Assembly (NCBI GenBank): GCA_030059675.1
Contig: JANVYQ010000001.1
Coordinates: 96,001-160,000 of the forward strand
Direction of reading: 5' to 3'
DNA length: 64,000 nt
Source of the DNA: Candidatus Pelearchaeum maunauluense
Lineage (GTDB): Archaea; Thermoproteota; Nitrososphaeria_A; Caldarchaeales; Caldarchaeaceae
Shown: piece after piece, positions 18,967 to 27,646 of the stretch
Position numbering within the stretch: position 1 is the first letter of the stretch
Layout of the letters: each line of letters begins with the position of its first letter
Position numbers and translations under genes: made by a program
The notes under the pieces: model-generated
The model's database searches: none
Seen by the model: only the letters and a program-made list of their open reading frames with translations
What the model was told of the DNA's origin: nothing

Positions 18967-20287
18967 CTATCACCTTATTATTCTTCAGCTCTACTACCAC
19001 CATGTCGCCTTCTTTCAAGCCCAGCATGTTGGCGAATTCGCTGGGTATCGTTACCCGCCTGCCTGAGAGCATTCTTTGTAGGCGTTTATGCGAGTTTAGG
19101 CGCTGGCCTTCTTCCTGTGGGTGTTGTGGTGTTTCTGTCGGAGCTGCCTGCTGGGGCTGTGGAGGCGGCGGAGGTGGTGGCGTCGCCTGGCTTGGCTGAG
19201 CCGCCTGCTGCGCTGCGCGCTTCTCGCGCCGCCTCTTCAGCAGGTAGGTCGCCGAGGTGAACGCGGCAAGCCCTATCAAGCCAGCCGCCTGGCCGTAGGC
19301 GATATTCTTGGTGAGGATATTCTCCTGGCTGAGCGAGTTATAGCTGAGCAGGAGCGACTCATACGCCTTCTTAGACTCGTCAAGCTGGTTCTTGAGCTGG
19401 CCAATCTCCCTGAGAGAGTCTTCATGCCTCTTGCTTAGGTTGGTATAGACCTCGCGGAGCTGCTGGTAGGAGGCTTGCAAGCTGTTATACTCGTCTGTGA
19501 GCTGCCTATAATCCGCGAGCAACTGCTCATAGTTCTGGGCTAGGACGCTATTCCTCTGGCGGAGGTCGTCGTATCTCTCCTGGAGCTGGCGGAGGCCTTC
19601 CAGCGCCTGCTTATACTGGGCGTCTAGCTGTTTATACTCCTCCGTGAGCGCATCGTAGCTGGCTTTCAGGCTGTTATACTCGTTTTCGCTCGCGGCCAAG
19701 TCTCCCCTGAGCCTGTTAATCTCAGCGTTGAGCGCTTCAATCCTAGCATTTAGCGCGTCTATCTTAGCCCGCAGGGAGTTTATCGTGGCTTCAAGCTGGT
19801 CTATCAGCCTTTTAGCGCTATTCAGCTCGCCCACAACCTCGTCGTAGGTCTTCTCACGCGCCACAGCCAAGAACCACCTGTAGGTGAGCGGCTTAGCAAC
19901 AGTGTCGCGCGTGTAGTTGGCGAAGAGCTCAGCGGATACGCTGGGGTCAGCGCGCACAACACTTGGGACGCAGAGGGTATAGCTCTTCTGAACAAACCAG
20001 CCTGCCATGACGTTGATGTCAGACGCCAGCGTGTCATCCAGCAATGTTTGGGTGTATGAGTTCGCCTGATACTTCACGACTAGGCGTATCTTGTCTATGT
20101 AGATGTCTCCCAGAGCCGTTGCGTCAAATATGAGCTGGAAGCAAGCGCCTATCTTTACCTCAGGCGGGTATGTGAGTGTGAATTTTATGCTCGCGTCGTC
20201 CACCACTAGGGAGAATGCTTGCGCAGCGGTGTTTGGGAGGAGCGCCAGGGCTAGCAGCACCAGCATTACCCCTACCTTCTTCATCAT
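18908..20287 (-). CDS. Single-pass membrane protein: signal peptide, beta-rich domain, long coiled coil, TM, Pro/Gln linker, C-terminal AbrB/MazE-like domain
   Basis: MMKKVGVMLVLLALALLPNTAAQA; heptads; TM followed by KRRREKR; RVTIPSEFANMLGLKEGDMVVV. Confidence 0.75.
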   Translation of the reverse strand: MMKKVGVMLVLLALALLPNTAAQAFSLVVDDASIKFTLTYPPEVKIGACFQLIFDATALGDIYIDKIRLVVKYQANSYTQTLLDDTLASDINVMAGWFVQKSYTLCVPSVVRADPSVSAELFANYTRDTVAKPLTYRWFLAVAREKTYDEVVGELNSAKRLIDQLEATINSLRAKIDALNARIEALNAEINRLRGDLAASENEYNSLKASYDALTEEYKQLDAQYKQALEGLRQLQERYDDLRQRNSVLAQNYEQLLADYRQLTDEYNSLQASYQQLREVYTNLSKRHEDSLREIGQLKNQLDESKKAYESLLLSYNSLSQENILTKNIAYGQAAGLIGLAAFTSATYLLKRRREKRAAQQAAQPSQATPPPPPPPQPQQAAPTETPQHPQEEGQRLNSHKRLQRMLSGRRVTIPSEFANMLGLKEGDMVVVELKNNKVIVKPAPEDLQQEGEGGEKPN

Positions 20288-20364
20288 CTCTAGGTAAGAC
20301 CTGCGTATCGCATTTAAGGCTTTTAGACGCGCTTTAACATAGCGGATGGCGGTGTTAGGGTTGA

Positions 20365-20414
20365 TGATATCACATGACGCTACGCGACATCACATAGTGC
20401 CGCGTGATGCCATA
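20365..20414. repeat. Degenerate 10-bp tandem array TGATATCACA/TGACGCTACG/CGACATCACA/TAGTGCCGCG/TGATGCCATA
   Basis: Read directly in the divergent intergenic region; the same unit recurs in gene 21000-21467. Confidence 0.7.
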
Positions 20415-20602
20415 ACCCGTTATCCCCGCCTATCTTCGCCTCGCGGCAGCTGGAAAATCTTTCAAAACAGCACCTCCGCTACGCAGGTATTTCCAACAAG
20501 AATAACTAGAGCTAACAACGGTATTACATACCCGCATGAATTTCCTTCGCTTCATAGCCAGCCGTTTACAGAACTGTATTCCATGGAGGCGGCGGGGCTG
20601 AG

Positions 20603-21013
20603 ATGAAACCAATCGCTGAAAGAATCGCCGAATTGCGGGCTAATTTGCGGAAAGACCCAGTTTTCAAGCTTCTCCGCTCCAACTCAAACCTCACGGCCAA
20701 GCAGGTTGAGACGCTGCTGTTTGATGTGGTGGTGGAGCAGTATGGGGCGAGGCTAACCGCTCAGGAGAGAGCAGCCCTGCGGGGCGTTTCCAAGGGCGCT
20801 TTCGTCAGGACTAAGAAGCAGGCGGAGCGGAATATTACTAGGGCACTGTTTACGGTTATGCTCGCGTCTTATCTTGGTATTCTACGCCTGCCAAGCTATC
20901 GCTGGCTTCTGGAAATAGGTGAGCTCCTACAGGAAGGGGATGCTGAGAGCCTCAAGCGCGCTGTGCAGGCGTTGAGCGAAAACCTGGCGGGGCGGGAAGA
21001 TGGCGGAGATTGA
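20603..21013 (+). CDS. Hypothetical protein with HTH-like segment
   Basis: LTAKQVETL..RAALRGVSKGAFVRTKKQA resembles a sigma-region-4/HTH; overlaps the next gene. Confidence 0.65.
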   Translation: MKPIAERIAELRANLRKDPVFKLLRSNSNLTAKQVETLLFDVVVEQYGARLTAQERAALRGVSKGAFVRTKKQAERNITRALFTVMLASYLGILRLPSYRWLLEIGELLQEGDAESLKRAVQALSENLAGREDGGD

Positions 21014-21467
21014 GACGCTGGTCTTTGCAGCGCTATTCCTGGCGCAGACCCTGATTTACGTGATTCTCCTCAGGAGAGTAATGACATCACGCGGCATCAC
21101 GGCTGAGACGCGCGAAGCCTTGGAGAAGCTACGCAGGATTGAGGAGACGCTGGGCAGGCTACAGCGGCCAGCCAGCATGCCTGTCCCACCGCCTCCACCA
21201 CCGCCACCGCCGCCTGAGGAGCCAGCCCTCCCAGACTCGGCGATAGAGGCACTAAAGCTCCTCCGCGACTCAGGGCCTATGACGTCAACTGATGTCAGCC
21301 GCGCACTTGGCCGTAGTAGGGAGCACGTCTCGCGCGTGATGAAGGCTCTTTACACCCGTGGCCTAGTCTCGCGGAGTGGGAAGCCGTTTAGGTATGAGCT
21401 TACCCCTAGGGGCGCTGAAGTCCTTGACATCACAGGACATCACGGTAGGCAGAGCCGCGTAAAGTAG
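21000..21467 (+). CDS. Membrane-anchored winged-helix (MarR-like) DNA-binding protein
   Basis: N-terminal TM, short coiled coil, poly-Pro, then GPMTSTDVSRALGRSREHVSRVMKALYTRGLV..YELTPRG. Confidence 0.82.
   Translation: MAEIETLVFAALFLAQTLIYVILLRRVMTSRGITAETREALEKLRRIEETLGRLQRPASMPVPPPPPPPPPPEEPALPDSAIEALKLLRDSGPMTSTDVSRALGRSREHVSRVMKALYTRGLVSRSGKPFRYELTPRGAEVLDITGHHGRQSRVK
21082..21444 (+). repeat. Three intragenic 10-bp tandem pairs: 21082-21101, 21280-21299, 21425-21444
   Basis: TGACATCACG-CGGCATCACG; TGACGTCAAC-TGATGTCAGC; TGACATCACA-GGACATCACG. Confidence 0.75.
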
Positions 21468-21519
21468 CCCTGGGCCGTGTTTAATCCCTAAATGTGAAGG
21501 CTGGTATTGTCTGGCAGAG

Positions 21520-22203
21520 TTGCGGCAGGTGGTTTACGACGATGAACAGTGGCGTCTGCTCCGCGCGTTTAGGGCTAGGGCTCTCCGTGTCATGGAGGCA
21601 ATAGCTCCACTCGGCTTCTCGCCCATAGTGTATGGGAGCGTGGTTAGGGGGGATGTTAAGAGGACAAGTGACCTTGACATATTCATACCGCAGACAGTGC
21701 CGACGCAGTTGCTTGAGCTGGCCTTGGCTAATGCTGGCTACGAACCAGTGCGCCGTGTTTTGGTTCAGGCTACGCCCTCTCACGCAGTTAAGGCGTATAT
21801 CTACCTGAGCGAGATCGACACCGTCTCCATCCCCCTCACCAGCCTCACGCGCGACGAGCTTGGGCTCTACCAGCTGGCAGGCTCTCTGGAGCTTGAGGAG
21901 CTGCACTGCGATTTGCGCAGGCCTGGGATAAACAAGCAGCTCATGGTCATCGTGCCCACCGATTACGGGCATTTGGAGTTCCCAGCCACGCGTAATGTTG
22001 ATGAGGCGGCGAAGACGCTTCAGGTAAGCCCAGAGATTCTCAGGAACCGTATCCGCGTTCTTACGCGGCGGCGTGAGGCGGGGAGGACTGGCGTGTATAG
22101 GTCTATTGAGCTCACGCCAGGCCAGAGCTTTGAGGAGGTCTTTGAACGCTTGTTGGCGGAGAACCCTGCTCTTAGGAGGCGTGTGAGGAGGAGTTTGGCC
22201 TGA
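21520..22203 (+). CDS. Archaeal predicted nucleotidyltransferase (pol-beta fold, COG2413-like)
   Basis: VYGSVVRGDV..SDLDIFI, QATP, RPGINKQL, GRTGV. Confidence 0.82.
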   Translation: MRQVVYDDEQWRLLRAFRARALRVMEAIAPLGFSPIVYGSVVRGDVKRTSDLDIFIPQTVPTQLLELALANAGYEPVRRVLVQATPSHAVKAYIYLSEIDTVSIPLTSLTRDELGLYQLAGSLELEELHCDLRRPGINKQLMVIVPTDYGHLEFPATRNVDEAAKTLQVSPEILRNRIRVLTRRREAGRTGVYRSIELTPGQSFEEVFERLLAENPALRRRVRRSLA

Positions 22204-22204
22204 G

Positions 22205-23305
22205 TTGAGGGTTTTACGCGTAGATGCGTTGAAGAGGCTTGTGGAGATAGTGCCTGAGACTACGCTTGACCTGCTTAACGTCTTCCGCCTCGTCTCGGTT
22301 GGCGACACGCTCTACAGCGAGACGAGTAGGGAGGTGAAGAAGGAGCGCGCAGACGGGAGCTATGATAGTGAGCGCGTTAGGCTTAGGATAGGTGTGGAGG
22401 TGGAGAAGAAGACGCTGGAGCCCATGATGAGGCGGATAGCATTCCTGGGCAGGATAATCTACGAGAGCCGCGACCTGGGGCTGGAGGGGAAATACCACTC
22501 AATACATCTATCCCCCGGTATGCCGATAACGATAGAGAGTAGGCAGAACTTCCAGCGCCTCAACGCCTTCGCCAGGCATTATAAGCGCAGCGAGAAGCTG
22601 GTGGGAGGTGATTTACTGGTCGTGTTGATTGATGATGAGGGTATCTCGGTTATCCAGATAGGGCGTCTGGGCATGAAGGCGCTCTTTGAGAAAAAGCTAG
22701 TAGCTGCTGGGAAGCGTGAGCCTGAGGAGAGGCTCCGTGCGGTATCCATGCTCTACTCTGGCGCGGCGAACATTCTTGAGAAACGCTTGGAGGAGGATGA
22801 GAGTTCTGAGATACTGGTATTCGGCCCCTCAATCTTCGTTGACGACTTCCTACAGTATCTCAAGCGTAATAAACGTGGGCTGCTCTCGCGGGTTAGGAAG
22901 ACTGGCTACGTCTCCGAGGGCGCTTCTTCTGGTATTGGGGAGCTTTTGAGGAATAGGATGCTCCACGAGTATGGTGAGCGGGTTAAGGTTGTTGCTGACG
23001 CCGAGGCTGTGGAGGAGCTTATTGCGGCGATGGCTAGAGACCCAGCCTCGGTTTCTGTCGGCCTTCGTGAGTGTCTCAGGGCTGTTGAGCTGGGGGCTGC
23101 GAGCAGGCTGCTCGTGGATGAGGCTTTCCTCTGGGAGCATCTGACGGAGAGCGATGTTGAGCGCCTCCTAGACATGGCTGAGAAAAGCGGCGCGGCGGTG
23201 CAGGTTATAGCCTCAGGCTACGAGGCGGCTGACAAGATAGCCGCTCTGGGAGGCGTGGCGGCCACGCTACGATATCCACTACCCCCATCCACCCAAAACA
23301 GATAA
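22205..23305 (+). CDS. pelA: Pelota (aPelota/Dom34) ribosome rescue factor
   Basis: GKYHSI, LIDDE, FGPS, LGGVAATLRY; eRF1-like three-domain size. Confidence 0.85.
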   Translation: MRVLRVDALKRLVEIVPETTLDLLNVFRLVSVGDTLYSETSREVKKERADGSYDSERVRLRIGVEVEKKTLEPMMRRIAFLGRIIYESRDLGLEGKYHSIHLSPGMPITIESRQNFQRLNAFARHYKRSEKLVGGDLLVVLIDDEGISVIQIGRLGMKALFEKKLVAAGKREPEERLRAVSMLYSGAANILEKRLEEDESSEILVFGPSIFVDDFLQYLKRNKRGLLSRVRKTGYVSEGASSGIGELLRNRMLHEYGERVKVVADAEAVEELIAAMARDPASVSVGLRECLRAVELGAASRLLVDEAFLWEHLTESDVERLLDMAEKSGAAVQVIASGYEAADKIAALGGVAATLRYPLPPSTQNR

Positions 23306-23334
23306 CTACAGCCCAGCCTAGAGACGTTATAGCC

Positions 23335-23517
23335 ATGCCATCATTCCTAGTGGTTGAGGTTAAGAAAGAATGCACTGCGGCGGAGCTGATAAGAGAGTAT
23401 GGTAGAAACCCAGAGGTCTATTATGTTGTCCGCGATGAGAGGGTTCTCCGCCCAGGGGATAGGCTCAAGCCAGGCGATAGGGTGGCGATTATCCCGCTTA
23501 TAGCAGGCGGCTCTTAG
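23335..23517 (+). CDS. MoaD/ThiS/SAMP ubiquitin-like protein ending GGS
   Basis: LKPGDRVAIIPLIAGGS. Confidence 0.75.
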   Translation: MPSFLVVEVKKECTAAELIREYGRNPEVYYVVRDERVLRPGDRLKPGDRVAIIPLIAGGS

Positions 23518-24659
23518 CCAGCTATCTCCTGCACCGTAAGTATCTTGATGTTGTCAGGCTTCTTCTGCACATCCCCGACACGAACACCTATGAGATAGAC
23601 CTCGCCATTCAAGCTAGCAGCCGCATCAACCAAGCGCTGCGTAACTATGCCGTCAAAGACCACGTATTTGACCGACCTCTCCTCGCTTATCTTCGTAGCA
23701 AGCTCGCTCACGGGTATCCGCGCAATCTCCTGCATGTCTGGCGATATGAGAACCGCTGTCAGGGTCCCATCTATCTCGCGTAGATAGTTCCTAATCTCCT
23801 GCGGCAGCTCCTCACGCTTCTCGGCAGCGTGAATCTTCTGCCTCACGGCCTCCTCAGGCGTTACGGCGTGCTCAAGGGCTTCCATAATCTCGCGTGCTGT
23901 AAGCTCCTCAACCTCCTTGCCGTATGGTGCGCGGGCTACCAGGTCAACCTTGGAGAACTGTAGCAGCTCCTTCAGTATTAGGTCTCCTCCCCTATCACCG
24001 TCTAGGAATGCGATTACCTTCTTCTTCCTCTTGGTCAGCTCCTCAACCGTCTTCGGAACCTTAACGCCCTCCACAGCTATGACATTCTTGTAGCCGTAGC
24101 GGAGGAGGTTTATCACGTCAGCCCTTCCTTCAACTACTATCACCTCGTCGCTGTGCTCCACCTCTGGGCCTGCTGGAAGCCTGTCTGGACCATACTCAAC
24201 CACTCGCGACTTGACTATGGCCTCCTCAAGCTCCCGCAGGACAGAATCGTCCTCAGGTGCTTTCTCCTTCTCCCACAACGCCAGTATCTCCTTGGCGCGC
24301 TCAACTATCTTCTTCCTCTTCTCCGCGCGCGTGTCCTCTATCTTCTCCACCGACACGCGGGCGTGGTATGGGCCTACCCTGTCTATCGACTCTATCATCG
24401 CCGCTATGAGCGCTGTGGAGAACTTGTCAAGGCTTGTCGGCACTATTATCTTCCCGCTGGCCTTGTTGCCGTGTGAGGAGACCGAGATTTCTATCCTCCC
24501 TATCCTGCCAGTCTTCTGCAACTCTCTTAAGTCTAGCTCCGAGCTAAAGATTCCCTCGGTCTGCCCAAAGATAGCCCCAACTATGTCATTCCTATCTACA
24601 GGACCATCAACCTCAATCTTAGCCTCTATTACATACTTAATCGTGCTGCTCATACTCAT
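23514..24659 (-). CDS. dnaG: Archaeal DnaG (TOPRIM; exosome-associated)
   Basis: DIVGAIFGQTEG, VVEGRADV, FLDGDRGG. Confidence 0.95.
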   Translation of the reverse strand: MSMSSTIKYVIEAKIEVDGPVDRNDIVGAIFGQTEGIFSSELDLRELQKTGRIGRIEISVSSHGNKASGKIIVPTSLDKFSTALIAAMIESIDRVGPYHARVSVEKIEDTRAEKRKKIVERAKEILALWEKEKAPEDDSVLRELEEAIVKSRVVEYGPDRLPAGPEVEHSDEVIVVEGRADVINLLRYGYKNVIAVEGVKVPKTVEELTKRKKKVIAFLDGDRGGDLILKELLQFSKVDLVARAPYGKEVEELTAREIMEALEHAVTPEEAVRQKIHAAEKREELPQEIRNYLREIDGTLTAVLISPDMQEIARIPVSELATKISEERSVKYVVFDGIVTQRLVDAAASLNGEVYLIGVRVGDVQKKPDNIKILTVQEIAG

Positions 24660-24780
24660 ACGCTCATCTCCTAGAGCCGCTGTTTTCCCTATATTAAGGT
24701 GCGCGGCCAGCCTTTCTGTAAAGATTCTTTTGCCTTGTTTTGGAGGATTGGTTAAATATAGGTTCCTGGCCGCTGAGTCT

Positions 24781-25128
24781 ATGTCCCTGGCTAGGCTTCT
24801 CCTGCTAGGCTCTGTGCTAGCTGTGGTGCAGGTTTTGGTGGGTGTTGATATGTTTATGCGCGGCTGGCAGCTTGTCTGGCTTCATATAGGGATAGCTGTG
24901 GTTCTCCTCGTAATACTCCTGGCCTGCATACCGCTCTCACGCGGCTCTGGCAGGGTTAGGAGACATGTCATCATAACGCTGGCGCTCCTACTCATACAGG
25001 GTGCTGTCGGCCTTGATATGTTCATGCGTGGCGACGGCGGGATAAGGGAGGTTATGCACTGGATATTCGGCTTCGCCACGCTGGGCTCGTATATTGGCAC
25101 GGCCTCAATAGCGCGGAGACACAGCTAG
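24781..25128 (+). CDS. Small 4-TM membrane protein with intramembrane His
   Basis: Start at 24781; WLHIG, IQGAVG, VMHW. Confidence 0.65.
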   Translation: MSLARLLLLGSVLAVVQVLVGVDMFMRGWQLVWLHIGIAVVLLVILLACIPLSRGSGRVRRHVIITLALLLIQGAVGLDMFMRGDGGIREVMHWIFGFATLGSYIGTASIARRHS

Positions 25129-25697
25129 AGAGACGCGCGCACCATTATGCGCGCGCCCGTTATTACCGACCAGGCCGAGAGCACTATTGCTTCCAGTATC
25201 TCTGGTATGGCCCACCCCTCGGAGGGCGTGCCGAAGATTGCCACCAGCGCCGCTATCCCCATGACGCTGGTGAACGAGCCGTAGAGCGGCCTACCCCCAG
25301 CAACAAGGCCAGCGCCCAAGATTATCATAGCAACTGGGAAGAGTATGAAGTAGCCGAGAGCAACCATCCTGTGTATCTCTGGCCAGTCTAGCGTGAATAT
25401 GCCGACGAGCGCGAGCGACGCTCCCCCAAGAATTAGCATGACGCTCCCTACAGCGTTTATCCTGCTCCGCGGAAGGCTCAGGCGCGCCGCTAGGGCGAAG
25501 AAGAAGTTGAGGACACCAGCTATTATGAGCGCCGTGTTGAAGATTGGAGCAGCCTCACTAACACCCAAGTCGCTCAAAGCGTTAGTCTCCCAGCTAAACC
25601 AGGGAGACACGGCGGTAGCCCAGAAAACCATAACCAGAGCAACAACAGGCCCCACAACACCACACAAACCACCAAAACGAACAAAACCAACAGCCAT
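25125..25697 (-). CDS. DUF998-family membrane protein
   Basis: SPWFSWETNALSDLG, FN..LI, LVGIF, IH..A. Confidence 0.82.
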   Translation of the reverse strand: MAVGFVRFGGLCGVVGPVVALVMVFWATAVSPWFSWETNALSDLGVSEAAPIFNTALIIAGVLNFFFALAARLSLPRSRINAVGSVMLILGGASLALVGIFTLDWPEIHRMVALGYFILFPVAMIILGAGLVAGGRPLYGSFTSVMGIAALVAIFGTPSEGWAIPEILEAIVLSAWSVITGARIMVRASL

Positions 25698-25749
25698 AAC
25701 AAGAACTAGGGAAACAATACTAGATAAACCTTCAACGCCCTAGTTTATG

Positions 25750-25824
25750 TGGGGCCGCCCGGATTTGAACCGGGGACCACGCGGGCCCAAGCCGCGTATC
25801 ATAGCCATGCTAGACCACGGCCCC
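25750..25824 (-). tRNA. tRNA-Pro(UGG), intronless, CCA not encoded
   Basis: GGGGCCGTGGTCTAGCATGGCTATGATACGCGG-CTTGGGC-CCGCGTGGTCCCCGGTTCAAATCCGGGCGGCCCCA cloverleaf. Confidence 0.96.
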
Positions 25825-25910
25825 GCGCGTTCTTGTTTCTTCCGCGTGTTGGGCTGTCTTTAGGTGTTGTGGTGGAAAGGATATAAGAGTCTTTATTCAT
25901 AGTTGTTTCG

Positions 25911-26333
25911 GTGCTGCCTGTGGGGCCCCGTTGGCTGGTTATTGAGGTGATTGATGTCTATCCCACCACGCTGGGCCACTGCCCCCACTTTAACCTTGTG
26001 ACGCATGAGCTCGGCGCGGCTGGGGCTGAGTTCTGCCCCCTCTCAGACCAGGTTGTGGAGTATCCGCGCCACGTTATAGAGAGCCATTACAGGGTTGCTG
26101 GCTTGGTTAAGCGGCTCAAGACCCTGTTGAGAGGCCTCCCGCTGAATGTTCAGGTAAGGATGATAGAAGCCACCTCAGCCGTTGGCTTGTGGAAGTGCCT
26201 ACGCCACAGGGTTAGGAGCCAGTCGGCGATACTCGTTAATGGTAGGAAGATATGCGATGGGGATTACTCGCTGGATGAGGCCGCTGAGAGCATAAGGCGG
26301 GAAGCGCTCAGGATTTTGGGCGAGGGGCGCTAG
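25911..26333 (+). CDS. Hypothetical thioredoxin-like-fold protein, paralog of 32071-32457
   Basis: QVVEYPRHV, LRHRV..AILVNGRK. Confidence 0.65.
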   Translation: MLPVGPRWLVIEVIDVYPTTLGHCPHFNLVTHELGAAGAEFCPLSDQVVEYPRHVIESHYRVAGLVKRLKTLLRGLPLNVQVRMIEATSAVGLWKCLRHRVRSQSAILVNGRKICDGDYSLDEAAESIRREALRILGEGR

Positions 26334-26638
26334 TGGACGGCGTGGCCCTCATGCATTAGCTCCAGCACATCAACCTCGCGCGCCACCAGCTCCTTAATCT
26401 TGATGAAATCACCCACTATGTAGGGGATTAGCCGCAGGGTGTAGTAGTTCCCAAGTATCGGCATCCCTAGAGCCTCGCCCATGATTAATACATAGACTAT
26501 ATCACGATACTTCTGGGCAGTGTGCATGATTTGCTGGTGCATGCCGTAGTAGAACATTCCGAAGAAGAGGTCGCGTAGCTTCTCTTTGAGCGTCCTGCCC
26601 TGCGTGCCTATTCTGAACCTCTCACCCGCGCTACTCAT
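26330..26638 (-). CDS. Small CstA/ArsA-associated protein (copy B)
   Basis: GEALGMPILGNYYTLRLIPY. Confidence 0.75.
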   Translation of the reverse strand: MSSAGERFRIGTQGRTLKEKLRDLFFGMFYYGMHQQIMHTAQKYRDIVYVLIMGEALGMPILGNYYTLRLIPYIVGDFIKIKELVAREVDVLELMHEGHAVH

Positions 26639-26640
26639 GG

Positions 26641-27636
26641 TTAGTCTGGCTTAAAAGTATGTAAATCCTCAATAACGCTCCTAAGAGCTTCTACGCCAGT
26701 TATCTCGCGGGGCGCTAGGCGGACGTAGCCGCGTATGTATTCGCCCAGCTCATCCGCGACCATGTCTAGGTAGCGTCTCTGCTCCTCCAGCTTGGTCTTC
26801 AAGTAGCCCGTCGCGTCGCGCTCAGCCTCCTCGCGCGTGAGCACACTATTCACGAAAACACCGCCAATAGGTATGTCAAAGCCCTTCACCATGCCTATGA
26901 AGCGCTTGACGACGGAGATAGGAAGCGCCTGCGGGAGAGTTACGAAGAAGAAGGCCGTCTGCGTGGGGTCTGTCAAAAAACCCCGCGTTACCTTAAACTT
27001 CTCGTGGAGGCTTATCAGGTCTGCTATAATAGGGTCGTTCCTAATCTCTTCCAGTATCTTCTCCTTTCTCACCGCCAGCTTGTACCTGGTTTCCAGCGCT
27101 TCTTTCCTTGATTGTATCATCCTGCTGAGCCAGAGGCCGTAGAGCTTGCTGAGGCCTATTAGCCGTATGGCGTTGGCTACTGCGGCGGTGTCAAAGACTA
27201 TCGCATCATACTCCCTGCTCTCGTCCACCACTATGTCCATAACGCGGTCAAACATCGCCGCCTCTTGGAAAGCTGGGTTGGTGGTTGCTATGTTTATGAA
27301 CGGAGCTGGGTCTAGGGGGACTTCAGCCCATCTGAAGAACTCGCGCAGCCTGCTTGACATCCGCTCCTTATAGCGCTTCACTATCTCCTCAATCTCCACC
27401 TCTATGGCGTATAGGTTAGGTGAGCCTTCCACCTGCTTTACCTTACCCCCGCTCAGCTCCTGCTCAAAGAGGCTTGAGAGGGAGTGCACGGGGTTGAGCG
27501 AGACTAGGAGCGTTTTCTTGCCATTATCCACGGCCAGCTCATAGGCCAGGGCTGCCGCCAAGACTGTCTTTCCCACGCCGCCCTTACCCCCAACGAAGAC
27601 ATACTTCAAGCCATCAACCAGCGCTTCCCTGGGCAT
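26641..27636 (-). CDS. ArsA/Get3-family ATPase B (degenerate switch I/II)
   Basis: GGKGGVGKT; SLNPVHSL; DTAAVANA. Confidence 0.9.
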   Translation of the reverse strand: MPREALVDGLKYVFVGGKGGVGKTVLAAALAYELAVDNGKKTLLVSLNPVHSLSSLFEQELSGGKVKQVEGSPNLYAIEVEIEEIVKRYKERMSSRLREFFRWAEVPLDPAPFINIATTNPAFQEAAMFDRVMDIVVDESREYDAIVFDTAAVANAIRLIGLSKLYGLWLSRMIQSRKEALETRYKLAVRKEKILEEIRNDPIIADLISLHEKFKVTRGFLTDPTQTAFFFVTLPQALPISVVKRFIGMVKGFDIPIGGVFVNSVLTREEAERDATGYLKTKLEEQRRYLDMVADELGEYIRGYVRLAPREITGVEALRSVIEDLHTFKPD

Positions 27637-27646
27637 GTGTATCCAC

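Noticed and set aside
20578-20598. TTCCATGGAGGCGGCGGGG as an ORB element of a replication origin
   Set aside because: Only a single partial match to the ORB consensus, with no cdc6/orc1 gene or clear AT-rich unwinding element nearby.
20346-20606. 86-aa ORF across the repeat array
   Set aside because: Its sequence (ISHDATRHHIV) merely reflects the DNA repeats and shows no protein features; coding cannot be strictly excluded.
20365-21444. Repeats as a CRISPR array
   Set aside because: The units are 10 bp, tandem, without spacers, and no cas genes are present.
24211-24780. N-terminal part of the 305-aa ORF 24211-25128
   Set aside because: Antisense to dnaG; the real membrane protein starts at 24781.
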